From Camelus ferus (taxonomy: Eukaryota), in contig NC_045707.1 of NCBI RefSeq assembly GCF_009834535.1, positions 57,104,001 through 57,168,000 on the forward strand: a stretch of DNA of 64,000 bases, written 5' to 3'. The translations under genes and the position numbers were made by a program. This document shows positions 11,261-24,600 of the stretch, one piece after another. The first letter of the stretch is position 1. Each line of letters begins with the position of its first letter. The notes beneath the pieces are model-generated. The model searched no databases, had not been told where the DNA came from, and saw only the letters and a program-made list of their open reading frames with translations.

Positions 11261-14200
11261 ATATGCCACTAAAAATTCCAAACTTTCTAAAAAAAAACTT
11301 AAGTCATGTTGAAAATGAGCTTTCTCTTCTCTGAACTCCTAGAAGACTCGATGGACTGCTCACATGTTTGGTACAAACCAGTGTACGAACTCGCCCTGCC
11401 CCTAATGAAGCATGCAAATCAGGATTCCTCCCACAGCCTACTGTGAGCATCAGACTTGAAGTCCTCAGTGGTCAGGGCTGCCATCCACATAGTTTTTGGC
11501 TCCTACAGTGCTGAGACTAGTACATGTTCTATAAATGGTTTTGTACTATGTGTTTTAGTAACTTCACTGCTGAGGTAAATGCTGCCCATGCCTTCTTTCC
11601 ATTAGCTGGGTCTGACTAAAAGCTTCCGCAAAACAATTACTACACAGACCACAGGATACCACATTCTCTCACTGCTTCAATGTGAACCCTCAAAATGTTT
11701 CCAACAGCTTTCCCATTTCTTAAGGTCTTGTTTACTTTTCAGGTCCATATGTTGAGAGCAGAGACAAATTTATTGCCAGGGATTTATTTTGGTAGCTAGT
11801 ACTCAGACGCCAAGCCAGTCCATGTGAGAGAAGACCTTGTCTACAGCAGATAGGACACAGACTTGGTGGGTTCAATTCTTTAATTCTGATTTAATATTCC
11901 CTTAATTAGTAGAGAAAAACACTTGTACCTGGCTAACCAGAGTTTTAATTGTCAAAAACCCATTTATTAAAGTTCTTCCTGGTGCCACATGCCTTCTAAA
12001 TTTGAGTTTTTTAAGTGCCAAGGTATCTGTTCAAATCACTGTTTAAAAAAAAAAAAAGTATGTCCAGGTATTTTGCCCGCTAACCAGTATGACTGTACTT
12101 TTAACTGAACTGAACATCAGAACTTCTAGTTTGCCACGTTTTCACCTTGTTATTTTAATTTTGCCATGTTTCCATCCTCGGTTTTAGTGTTCTTAGAAGC
12201 GGATGGGAAAATGCTAACTGGTGTTCTATAAGGGCAGAGAGTATTTTAAAATCAGAAGAAATACATTACACAATTCTGTATAATATCCAAGTTTCCCATT
12301 TTTGGCAACTGAAGATAAATTCTTAAAAATCTGTGAGGGACAGATCATTTCCAGAATGCTGGACCATCTGTAAATGAAGTTCATCATTATAGTGGATAAA
12401 ACATTATATTAATTTATCAGCGTTAAAAAGATGCCATAAAGGAAGGGAGGCAGCCTTCTATGTTGGCTCCACAAACAACATTTGCATGCCAAATAAGGAG
12501 TCCAATAACTGAATTGTTAAAAAGGAAAGCATTAAAATATGTCTTGGCAACATATGAGGGACAGAAGCCAACCAAATGTCCTACAGGGAGAAATCAAAAG
12601 CCACATTCATACATTCCTTCCATCTGAAATCCATGAAGCATCTGTGGTTAACTGGTATTCAAGTACCCAAAGAAGTGATACAACTTAAAAGATCATTGTT
12701 TCCCCAAAAGTGAGTATATAAATGGTATGGTAACAGGCCTGGCAAATATCTGTCATTCACTGTTTCTGAAGTATTGCCATTTTTGTGTAAATTCTAATGG
12801 ATTTTAATATTTTCATGGCTTTAGTGGGCTGAATTACACAGGTTTCTTAATTATCTTTTAAGTATGCAAATTTCAGAAAAATTAGTTTAAATCAAGTGCC
12901 CTCATAAGCCATAAGCTGTAAAGAAGCCACTCTGCAGTGGGAGATTGTCTCTGCACTGGGAAGAGGAGGAATGTTGTTTTATTTCCTCTGACATTGGAGT
13001 CATCTAAGAAACTGTCAGATTCCACATCTCCATCAATATTCATATCAGTGCCCAGGAAAACATTCAGCAATTTCACAACTGTTTAAATCCAGTAGTCATT
13101 TAACATTGGGTAGAAAACAAAATTGCACGGTATCTTTGTTGAACGCACACTTTATGGAAATATATTCAATCTTGAAGAAAGCACTCCTAAAACAGCGAGC
13201 AAAATAACTAAGTTGGAAAACAGTGATGCACTGTTCAGAACAACCTTCAAAAGGGCAAACTACACAAGAACACTGCCCTAGGCTGTCAGTGCAGTATTTT
13301 AACACCAGATTTCCAAGTTCCCAAGGATACTAGTAGGATTCCTTAACAAACTAAAACTTAAGCTACTGGTGAAAGAATGAAATCAGGGAGCCCAACTTGT
13401 CCCCTGAAGGTGTCTTTGTACGAAAAGATCTGCCCGCAACAGTGAAAGAGACCTAAGCAAAAGGACCACACGGACTTCTAGTGATTTTGGCTCACAAGAC
13501 TGCAACTGGCAGGCCTGGGGCACAATTTTCTTAAGAATATCCTGAACATCCACCAGAGTGTCCCAAGTGCCTAGCTAGATGCTAGGCTTTCAACGATTAA
13601 CCAACTGCTCAACTAGATTTGATGGTTAATATTTACAGAAGGCTCTCACATGTGTTGGGATCTTCAAGGATATTGTCTTCTTAAATTTATAAAAGGACTT
13701 AACATTCATGCTAGGACTCCATTTTCTTATGTTGATAACCGAACATTGAGTTTCCTGCAATGGTTTTAATGTAGTAATTTTAATAGTTTCTCCTTGAATT
13801 GGTCTTATGTAAGGTAATAAATCCACAAGTCTTACTTTGGGAAAAGCTCAGATATTATCTGAAAAAGCTCAGATATTTTCACTATATATATAAACAACAT
13901 TCAGTCTATTTTTATTTTCCACAAATAAGACTCTCAATGGAGTAACAATCTCAAGTCCCATTTCAAAAAGTCAAAGTGGAGCCCAGCATTCGTTATTGAG
14001 AATCCTGATAAAGCATTAACATATAAAATAAGGTCTGGGCACTTTAGTAAAAACTGGTTATGCCATCAATATAAATACGAATTACCAATTTGTTAAGCAA
14101 TTTTGCTAGGAGTTGGGAACTTTTCCATATCATACTGGTAAATGCTGGCTCACAATCCCCTAACAGATTCCAATATGGAAAAGACAAACCTGGTACAAAA

Positions 14201-16125
14201 TGAGATATGAATTTCCTTATTAGGCATAAATATACAATAAAGAGTTAATCATTTAATTCATATAAACGGAGGCATTTACTTCAAGACAGCTTGAAGGCTG
14301 AGAGTTGCTCTCAAGAGTGTGCTGGTTCTCTAAGACCCAGAGACAAAATTCCTGATAGGTGCCATGGATTCTGGCACAATTTTTTTTTTTCAACTTTGCC
14401 ATTTTAACTGCCTGTCTTCTGCCTGCCTCCCTCTGCTGTTACATATGGTGAGAAGGACGTCAGTAGGAACATGTTAAAGCACAGTATATATTTGAATAGG
14501 TTGACGCTTTTCACTCTAAAAACAAAAAAGAGAACTAAGAATTTTGACTGATAATAAGAGCTGTGCACATGTAATCTCCATATTTTGATTAGCTGAGTCT
14601 ACCAGAAATGCAGGTAAATATTGGCAGTAATCTCCTACAAGCAAGAAATTAAAAGTTCATGCACCCAGAACCACCTTTTGTCAACACACCAAAATACATG
14701 AAGCATGAATTTCAATTTCAGGTTATCACAAGATTCAGTTGGTTAAAAAGATAATATTATAGTAGCAAGCAACAGTCATGTGTTTCAAAATATTTTATAA
14801 AAATTCTCTTCCCTTTTACTCAATATCATACCAACTGTCACTAAGAAAAAAAAAGCCTACGTGACAAGAAGTGTTAAGTCATTAATTTGCTGCTGAAGGT
14901 AAAGACAACCTTTAGACAAGGTGACCACTTTTAATTAGAGAAAAGGGAATTAAACTGTGATTCTGCAATTGTTTTATCCCACTGCATTATCAATCATACT
15001 ACCTTAGGCATTTTCTTTCATTTATTCATTCACTGCCTGGGTTCCAGGGCAGTCCAAAGTAACTGCCAATAAGTGCGGGCAGGAAAAGCCCCAAGAAAGG
15101 TCTGCTGTGTCTACCCAGAGGTCCAGGAGAAGGAGCAGAGCAGCTGGGAGGCAGCATCACTTTGATGTCATCCTCCCCACTCCGGATGAAACCAACAGAG
15201 CAGCAGTGCCCCTCTTTCCCTTGGAGCTGTAGCAACCTCGTGATTCTCCCCGCCTTACACCAGGTAAATGCCAGCTAAAGAGCTGAGTTCTTTACCTTCC
15301 CCCCAATCACGGTGTGGCCTCCTGGGGGTGGAGCCCTGGGTTCTCCCAACTCTACACCAAGAGAGCTTGGAAAGAGACAGTGTCACCTGCCCTCCCTACC
15401 AGCAGCCATCTAGTCCTTGAGAGTGGTTCCCTGTTGACTTGCCCTGCCCTGTACTAGCAAGTGTTAGCAAGGAGACAGAGTCCCCTCCCTTCCCCAGGAA
15501 CACTGTGCAGGTCAACCTGGAAGGACTGACCCCTGGAGGGGTACCAGGAGACTAAAGCCCTGACTTCCCACTGAGAAGAGCAGTAACAGGGAGACTTGGG
15601 GATCAAAAAGTGAAGAGTAGATCTCAGAGAGGAAGGAGCTGGAGAAGAGGATAATTTAAATCTGTGTATGAAGTCCTGAGCCACCTGGAAGTTGTGCATG
15701 CATGAATCCAACCAGAATCAACACAACAAAGATTTTTCACACTTAACTGGAGTTTCAGACTGGCCTCTGGGAGAAACACAAGCGAGATAGACCAGAATAG
15801 CACCGTAAGGATTTTGAAAACACAGTTAACATTGGAACCACAGTCCACAGAAAGTGGGTGAGGACATGTAGTCCGGTCTTAAGTAGGTTGGCCACTTGCT
15901 AAAATAAACAACCACATGAACATAAATCCAGATAATTTAAAAAGGATCCAGAATCTCATAATGTAACAGTCAAAATATCCAGGATAAAATGTAAACTTAC
16001 TGGACACAAAAAGGAAAAACAAAACCTAAACAACTCTTAAGAAAAAAGATAATCAACAGATGCTAAGCCCAAATGATCCAAATGTTAGAATTATCAGACA
16101 AATATTTTAATGTAGCGATTACATC

Positions 16126-16761
16126 TGTAGGGGAATAAAACTTTTCTAGATTTCTTATTGCTCCTGTAAAAATCCCTATTCTCCTGAGACTCTTCAAATG
16201 CCATAAGAATTTGATCTATAGCTATTTGCTTAGTTAATTGCTCTGATATGACAGGATAATAAAATTTTCTAATTTCTCTGGCAGGGTCAAATGATTACAG
16301 CCTAGACTAGATAGATCCCTAGGTGAAACTCAGAAGGTGCTGGAGAGACTGGCTCACTACCTTCCTAGGTATTTACATAAAAAGATAAAGCCTTAGAACT
16401 AGGAAGCATTACTAGGTTGTAAGAGTTGAGACATACATCAAAGAGATGTTATATACACACCAGAGTTGGAATTTGGCTGCAGGCCATTATGTTTCCGAGG
16501 AGACCTCTTTAGGAGGGGTGAAAGAGAGCTGTCTCCTTCCTCTTTATAAGCAGAGAAAAATAATTTTCCTTGTCTCTCATCTATGATGTGTCTGGCTACT
16601 TACGTAGGGAATTTCCCATCTGCTCTCTGTGCATCACCGAGGGATAAGACCTGGGCTAAGAGAGCAATGGCACACTTGTTACTAAGATACATGTCTTTGA
16701 CCCAGAACTCCTCAACTGCACACTCAGGAAAATTAACAAAGTTAATACTAAAAACCCCACA
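16126..16761. mobile_element. ERV solo LTR inserted in the L1
   Basis: 636 bp with termini TGTAGGGG...CCCCACA (imperfect terminal inverted repeat, TG..CA). It interrupts L1 sequence that reads continuously across it. Confidence 0.7.
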
Positions 16762-17837
16762 GTAACTGTGATCCAAAAAGTACGGGCAAGCACTCTTGGA
16801 ATGAATGAAGAAGATAAATGACACAAACACTGTTTAAGAAAACCTAGAATGGCTGTATGATTACCACACAAGGCCAACTTCAGATCAAGAAAAATTACCA
16901 TAGATTTTTTTAAAAAGTCAATATACTAAAACAATAATACACTGCAAAAAAATGAGGTTTACTCCAAGCAGTGCAAGCCTGGGCCAACAGCTGAAAATCA
17001 ATTAATATGATTTACCATATTAACAAGCTTAAAAAGAAAACCCACATGGTCACATCAATAGAGGCAAAAAAAAGTATCTGACAAAATTTCACATTCATTC
17101 AAGATAAAAAATTTTTTAAAACTCAGTAAATGAGGACTAGAAGGGAACTTCCTCATTTAGTATCATCTGCAGAAACAACAATAGGTAACATCATTCTTAA
17201 TGGTAAGATATTGACTACGTTTCCCTTAGATCAGAAACAAGAGAAGGGTGCCTGCTTTTGTCACTTTCAATCATACTGGAAGTTTTAGCCAATTTAGTAA
17301 GATAAGAAAGATAAATAAAAGACAGATTAAAAAGAAAGCAATAAAATTATCTCTATCCACAGACAACATGACTGTCTACATAGGAAATCCCAAAGAATCT
17401 ACACACACACCCCTCAACTCCTAAGTCAATTTAATAAGATCAGAGGGTACTTATCAGTTCATAAAAATCAATAGTATTTCTATTCACTAGCAATAAAAAT
17501 TTGAAAACCAAACCAAAATTTTAAAAAAATTCTACTTACAATAGCTAAAAAAATTAAATACTTACGTATAAATCTAACAAAATATGTTCAGAATCTGTAT
17601 ATGCAAAAGTATAAAATGTCAGTGAAACATACCAGAAAAACCTAAATAAATGGAGAAACATACAAAGTTCAGGGACTGGACAGTTCAGTATAGTTCAGAT
17701 GTCAATTTTTCTCAAATCAATCTATAGATTTAATAAAATCCCAATCAAAACACATGAAGGATTTATTTTATCTAAATAAAAGTTCATTCTAAGATATATA
17801 CAGAGAAGTAAAGAAACCAGAACATCTACAACACTGT

Positions 17838-17861
17838 TACATGTGCTGCTGAAGCGAGCAC
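17838..17861 (-). pseudogene. 3'-truncated U6 snRNA retrocopy (5' 21-24 nt)
   Basis: Minus strand reads GTGCTCGCTTCAGCAGCACATGTA versus the U6 5' end GTGCTCGCTTCGGCAGCACATATA. Flanked by the direct repeat ATCTACAACA (17824-17833 and 17862-17871). Confidence 0.85.
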
Positions 17862-19812
17862 ATCTACAACAATTTTGAAAAAGTGGAACAATTTCGAAAA
17901 ACACTATTTAACTTTAAGACATTGTATAAAGTTACAGTTCAGGGCAGAATAGTATTGGTGAAAAGATAAACACACAGATCAATGAAACAGAAGAGATACT
18001 CTAGAAATAGACCCACTCAAATATTATCAGCTAATTTTTGAGGAAGTTGCAAAGGCAATTCAATGGAGAAAGGCCAACCTTTGTAACAAATGACACTTGG
18101 AAGAACTGGCATCCATATTAAAAAAATCCTCAACCTACATCGTGCACCACATGCAAAAAAAAAAAAAACACCTCAAAATATAAATGTAAACTGATACGAA
18201 ATACAAAACAATAAAACTAAATGTAAAACTATAAAACTCTTAGGTGAAAACAAAGGAGAAAATATTTATGACCTTGTATTAAGAACAAATTCTTAAACAC
18301 CAAAATCATGATCTATAAGAAAAAAAAAATGTGAATTAAACTTCATCAATGTGAAACACACTAACACACTTTTGATTTGTAAGAAACACTTTCAAGAGAA
18401 TGAGAAAACCAGTCACAGACTGGAAGGAAATACATATTTGCAAATTGCATATCAGACAAAGGCCTTGTATCCAGGAATATCTAAAGAACTTTCAAAACTG
18501 AATAATAAAAAAATAGCAGATTTTAACAGATATTTCACTAAAGGAGATAATATGGATAGTAAATAAACATGAGAAAAGGTGTCCAACATCATTAGTCATT
18601 ACAGACTAGCAAATTAAAAGCACAACGAGATAGCATTACACACCTATTAGAGTGATTTAAATAAAAATAATGACAATTCCAAGTGCTGATGAAGATGAGA
18701 AGAAACAGGACTCCTCAAACATTGCTGGTGGGAATGAAAAATGGCATGGCTACTAGAAAACAGCCTGGCAACTTCTATAAGCCTAAGCATGTGCTTACCA
18801 TATAACCCAGCAAACTCACTACAGGTTTTTATCCTAGAGACATGAAAACTAATTTTTGCATAAAAACCTGTACTTGAATGTGTATAACAGCATTATTTAT
18901 AATTGCCTCTAACTAGAAGCAAGCCAAATATCCTTTAATGGGTGAAGGAAACATAAACTGGTTACTACGTCTACACAATGGAATATTGCACAGCAACATA
19001 ACAGGACAAATTATTGATATACACAACTTGAATGGATCTCAGACACGTTTTCCTAAATGAAATATCCTAGTCTCAAAGGTTACATACCGTATCATTCCAT
19101 TTATATGCCATTGCAGAGCAGGCAAAAATATGAGAAAGGAAAAAAATTAGTAGCTACCAGGGGTTAGGGATGAGGGGAGGGTCCAAATACAAAGGTGACA
19201 TTATGAGGAAATTCTTTGGCAGTGTTGAAATTTTTCTGTACCCTGTCTGTTGGTGATGATTACAAGAATCTATACTACAAGTAAAAAACTCATAGTATTA
19301 TACAACAACAACAAAAAAGTGAATTTTACTCTATTTAAAGGCAAACAGTTGGAAACATTTTTTAAAAACTCTTCTGGGAAATTTGTGTAATTTACACTGG
19401 AAGAAAATTCTCCGGATTTAAGAGTACAATAAAATGTTCAATCTCACACCACTTTACGTGCAAACCTAGTTATCAAGGAGGAGCAAATCAAGAAGCTAGA
19501 AGCAATCAAGTAGCAAGTATCAGGAAACAAACGTATGTAAACTCTCCCATAAATAACAAATTAAAGGTAAGTGCCTAACATTCCTCACCATCACCCAGGC
19601 AGGAATCGGGGGACTGTGGGGAGTATGAAAATCCACATGGGAGAAAAGTGAGGTGAGAGAGACCAGCATAACCACTGTAGCCCAAGCTGCAGATGAAGGG
19701 CCTGGCAATTTTCTAGGTGCAGTGACTTAACCTCATTATTACTGACTTCAGCTCAGCTCTGTGCCTAAACACAGAGAAGAAACTGGAAGAAAAGACCAGT
19801 ATTTATCAATAC

Positions 19813-19935
19813 CTCTTCGATGGAACCTGCAGAAATCCTGTGACCTGCAACGTTTATCACGTCGTCAACCCGAGACATGACATACACATAGCCTTCTTCA
19901 TCCATGTAACCAGCATCCATGGTGTCATAGTATCC
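19813..19935 (-). CDS. ACSS3: ACSS3 exon 13
   Basis: 123 nt, tcttgttttcag / gtattg. GYYDTMDAGYMDEEGYVYVMSRVDDVINVAGHRISAGSIEE includes the hinge motif RxDDVINVAGHR. Confidence 0.97.
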
Positions 19936-20564
19936 CTGAAAACAAGAAGAAATAATGTCTGGTTTGCATGTAGCATTAGGTAATGCAATCATTTTAAGCT
20001 TGGTAAAATATAAAATGTGATAGAAAGGGGTTTACTGTATGCATTTGACTTTTTTTTCATAACTAGCCTATGAAATTAAATTGCTTTTGATTTTGAAAGC
20101 TTACTAGAATCTCTTCACTCCTCCAACAACCAGGAATAAATTAAAGTGTTCTTATATATGTTCAAGCTAAGTGTTTGAACCTAGAGTTATAAAGTTTATG
20201 AACCCAATTTCTTTTTTTAATGGAGAAGTAATAGCTCAATATTTCCAATATACTTTGGTATTGCAAAGCAATTCTTTGCTAGATTTCTTCTTTAATTGTC
20301 TTAATTTTTTAAAGCTTTAAAGCTCTCTGTGGATAATTACAAAAGAGACCACTAGTTTGCTCATTTGGATTGGACTCGAGCTTCAGTGAAATATAGTTAG
20401 ATAGTAAGTATAAAATATAACTTTTAATCAACTCAGAGAAGCAGCACGTCTTCACTGATTCAGAAGTCACACTTTAATGAAGAATCAAGAACGAGGAGTA
20501 AAAAGAAATATTATTTCCCCAAATGCTTCAGAGTCATGTTAATACCTATGTTATAAGCATGGGC

Positions 20565-20870
20565 TTCAGGACAAATCCAAGTGAAACACTATTTGTGTTT
20601 CTTAATCTTTCTGAGACTCAGTATGCTCATCTATTAAAGGGGGTGATGAACCTCGCAATAAGGCTGTGAGAAGCATTCATGGCATGGGGCGTATAAGGAG
20701 GGCAGACCCTGGCCCAACACGAGCCCTCAATAATTGGCAGCTCTTCCTGCAATTACTGTCAGAGAGACAATCTCGATATGGTGTGGATACTGGAGCCAGA
20801 CTATATGGGGTCCAAATGTCAGCTCTGTTATTTCTAAGCTTTGGGCAAGTTACTCAACCCTTCCGTGTTG
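20565..20870 (+). mobile_element. Two adjacent MIR SINE fragments
   Basis: MIR core-like motifs cttaatctttctgagactcagtatgctcatctattaaagggg and ggagccagac...ttgggcaagttactcaaccctt. Confidence 0.6.
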
Positions 20871-20899
20871 TTAATAAGCCCTTAGATGAGAGGGCTGAG

Positions 20900-21485
20900 G
20901 TCAGGGTGACAAGACAGAGTTTAGATTCACTACATGAATCAGAGTAATGGGGAAATGGCCAAAAAGAACACAGGAAGACACTTCCTGTTATCCAGGGCAC
21001 TGGAGGTTGGGTGATGAGAACACTCTCTCTATATTGTACCTGTATTTTAAAATGGAATTTTAAAATAAAAAGAGCTCAGCAAATGCTCAGGAAAGAACAT
21101 CAAAAATAGGCAAAAGGATAAAAGAAATACAGTTCTGGCAACCCAAATTTTGCTCACATAAACAGGAGTAGAGGAGGTAAAGAGGTTCTCATGACAGCAT
21201 CCAGTTTTGACCAGGTGTTCTCAGTCTGTGCGGAGGAATCCAATGCAGGAAAGCATACAGAAAGCCCCCAAAGTTTTAACTTAGTGAAAACTTTCCTGAT
21301 ATGAACAGCTGTTAAATTTCACGAGAAGCTGCTAAGAGAAACTGAGAACTTTCAGTGTCCAGAGACGGATAAATAAATACAAAAATGACTCATTTGGACA
21401 TCTGAGGTTTGGGCATTCTCGTCCCTGAGATCATGAAACTGGTCCAGATAATCTTTAAAAAGTTGCTTTGTGCTCTAGAATTCTA
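20900..21485 (+). mobile_element. Ancient L3/CR1 LINE 3' fragment
   Basis: Motifs gaaaactttcctga...gctgtt...gaagctgctaagaga and terminal tggtccagataatctttaaa...ctctagaattct resemble the L3/CR1 3' end. Confidence 0.45.
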
Positions 21486-21569
21486 AGAGCGAGTTATCGA
21501 ATTTAATAGGCAAGAACTACAAAGAAGTGCATAAGATGGTAAAAGCAAAAAGTATAATTAAGTTCTTAC

Positions 21570-21651
21570 AGGAAATTTTTCAAAGTATAAATGCTTGAAT
21601 GCTTCCTGATTCTTCCAGAGTCCTGAAAATGCACCAGGTGGTAATGGCAAC
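21570..21651 (-). CDS. ACSS3: ACSS3 exon 12
   Basis: 82 nt, tgttttcgtataag / gtaaga. (K)LPLPPGAFSGLWKNQEAFKHLYFEKFP; too short for the ORF track. Confidence 0.96.
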
Positions 21652-24600
21652 CTTATACGAAAACAAAGCAGTGAGAATTATGATGAAAGTAGGTAATAAA
21701 GACAGATTGATTAGAAAAGATAATTTTCCACTGTGATGAATAATTACAATTCAAATCCCACACTGAATTGTAACCCTTAAATCTGCTGGACGGATGGTGT
21801 CTAACTGAGGCTGAAGTGGCTGCCCACTTCATGACATACATAGCAAAGTCACGGAGGGATGACTGTAGTTTCTGGGAAGGGCACTAAAGGCTCACACACT
21901 TGGCATTTAAATCGTTATTAGCAGCAATCATTGTTTCAGTAAGAAGCATAACATCTGCAAAAAGGAACCAAAAATGCATCATCAGATTACTTTTTAAGAG
22001 AAATAGGCTTCTACCATAGGCAAATAAACTTTTTTTTTTTTAAGTATTAAGGTAACACCTTTGCCAGTCTCTGTGTGTAATAAAATGTACCAATTAAACA
22101 TCCCATGAACAATCTTATCTTCACAATCAATGTGCCTCTCCACTCTGGGAATTCCTTCCCATTGTCCCCTCTTCTGTTCTTTTCATGACCATCCATGTGA
22201 TTTCTCACCCCGATGAACACGTGAAGATATGTGAGCACATACAACAGAAGTGGTGTACATCCCTTCTTCCCCCTCAACTTCCTCTTAGGTTTCCTTCTTG
22301 CCTCCAGAGTATGAAACAAGTGTTATACACATGACAAGGGCTTAGCTTTTATCTGTGTATTTATCTGTATATAAATAAATGAATAAATTCTCACATCAGC
22401 TCCTTGTACGAAGTATCACCTAACAAAAATAACCACTCAGTGCATTTTCTGGACACAGAACTCTTTTAGATGTTTTGTAGTTTGGAAATTTAGATACTGT
22501 ACAACTTAAGGATTTTCAAAACCCTACCCTCCTGTAGTCACAAATAATACCAAGTGAAGTGGTGACTCCACAGCACTGATGCTGAGAAAACTGAAAATGA
22601 AATAGACATGGTCACTGCCAACGTGAGGCCACAACACACACCCTCCACGTAAATATTAGACCTTTGAGGCACTGAATTGTATTCTCACATTCCGTCAGGT
22701 AGAAAATGCTATTAGAAGTGGGGTCAGCTGTGATCACCTATTTCCACCATGTCTAGCCTGCCCATGCAATATTTTACTTTGTAATAAAATATTTTGTAAT
22801 ATTTCTCTTTTGGTCATATTTTAAGATGAAGGAAAAGGCTACATCAGCATTTGTGGACCTCATGTTATTACATAAAATGCATGCAAAAGCATTTTCTAAT
22901 CTGGAAAAAAAAAAACTACAGAGATGCCGCTATGTTGTTGCTGTTGATGGTGTTACTCCTCCTGTTCAGCACTAAACCTACATAAAGGCAGCAAGCAGAC
23001 GCAGATAACCCTTTCAGGTCCTTTTAACCAATTTTTCTGTTAATCTTTCAAAATAACCATGTATATGATTTCACTTTATCAGTTTGTTTTAATTGTTAAC
23101 ATTTTTAAAACGTGTAAAAATCATCACTAAATACTGAACTACAATATGAATATTACAGCCACTAAAAATCACCTATTTAGCAGCACTGTCAGGATGCTGA
23201 GGATAAACAGATGGAGAGGACACTCAGAAGAGATGACAAATCAAAAGCCAACATGGGCCAGAAGAGATAACGTTAATGAGTGAAGCCAACTATTCCTGAA
23301 ATATACCATTAGAACAATACGCTTGACAGATCCAAATCCTTAAACCCATACCATCGCCCATACGAAGAGCTCAGCATCTAGAAGGGCACATTGTTAAAGA
23401 AGTGGCTCTTGCATTTTACAGACCGCAAATCCAAGGTGTTGGTTCATCAGTGTCCACACACTGCCTCCTCACAGTGAAGAGAGACTGCTGAGTGTTTCCA
23501 ACAATAATCCAAATGAGTTAGCCCTTAGTGTGTGGAATGTGAGTTGAGTTTCCTGGTGGCCTAGAATGTACCTAACTCACTGTGTGCACATGGGCCCAAG
23601 AGCCCAGCATTTTCCAGTAGGAGTGTTACTGGAGAGAAAGGGTACATCTCTCACTTCTCAGAAGCTGGTTAAGTTTGCAATCTCTATTCTTAAAAGAAGA
23701 TGCCCTGATAACTTTATTTCCTAAAAAAAATAGTACTAGCAATTAGTACTATATACATATAGTAGCAACATAGAAACATATAGATTCCATTCTTATAATT
23801 TACTAACGTCTAGAGGACTACAAATACAGGTAGCCATCCTCCAGGGGAAAAATGAAACAGCTTTAAGAACACCAGCTTTCTCAGCTGTTGCACGAAACTT
23901 TAAATATCTGTGTAAATTTTCTGAAGAACAGGGGAAGTATGCATTTGTATGTCATCTTTCATCCCTGTGAGAAAGGCCTGTGTAGGCTTGGACCTATCTC
24001 TGCATAGACCTTGGGAGTTAAGAATAACATAGCAGCAAGTATATGATCCAGGGAGAGAGTGCAGATTAGGAAGGAGAAATTCAAGGCCAATTGCCAATAC
24101 TAAAGAGGGGCCAACTAATCATTAGCATAAAATAAGAAAATGCTATCTGTTCGTCACTAATAAAGTCTGGTATCTTTAAAAATGCAGGTGTTAATCTAAA
24201 TATTGAAAAGATAGGAAGAAGCAACTTTGGAAAGAACCCTGGAAGATGCCATGTAATGGTCCTAAAGAAAAGCAGAAAGGAGGGGCTCCAGAATGGAAAG
24301 TATTTGTGATTGTATACATATATGGAGTGAAACATGTGAGAAGGGAAGCAACAAATCTCCAGAGAGGAGTTGGGTGTGTATGAGCTAGAGCAGAACCATT
24401 TCTGCAGCGTTCCAAATGACCACCTCTCTGGCTGCTATCCTAATGATTATTCTATATTAAATGAAGGTTTTACTTCTGGAGTAGTGAAGGCACTGGGGCT
24501 CTTTTTCTGAAGTCATAGGGAAAAAAACACTTTTTTTCTATAGTTATAATAATATAAAAAATCATTGGACTGGCAGAAGGGAGGAAATTTTGTTGAAATA

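Larger units (their letters stand above)
15200..19340 (+). mobile_element. Degenerate LINE-1 (L1M-type): 5' region and ORF1 start, internal deletion, ORF2 RT/C-terminal remnant, 3'UTR
   Basis: ORF1-start-like sequence around 16030-16125 and 16762-16820. From about 16930 the decayed sequence corresponds to the ORF2 motifs GFIPGMQGWFNIRKSINVIHHIN and HMIISIDAEKAFDKI. An L1 3'UTR runs to about 19340. Many stops and frameshifts; 5' boundary uncertain. Confidence 0.85.

Noticed and set aside
18351..18566. 71-aa ORF as a gene
   Set aside because: Decayed L1 ORF2 C-terminal remnant.
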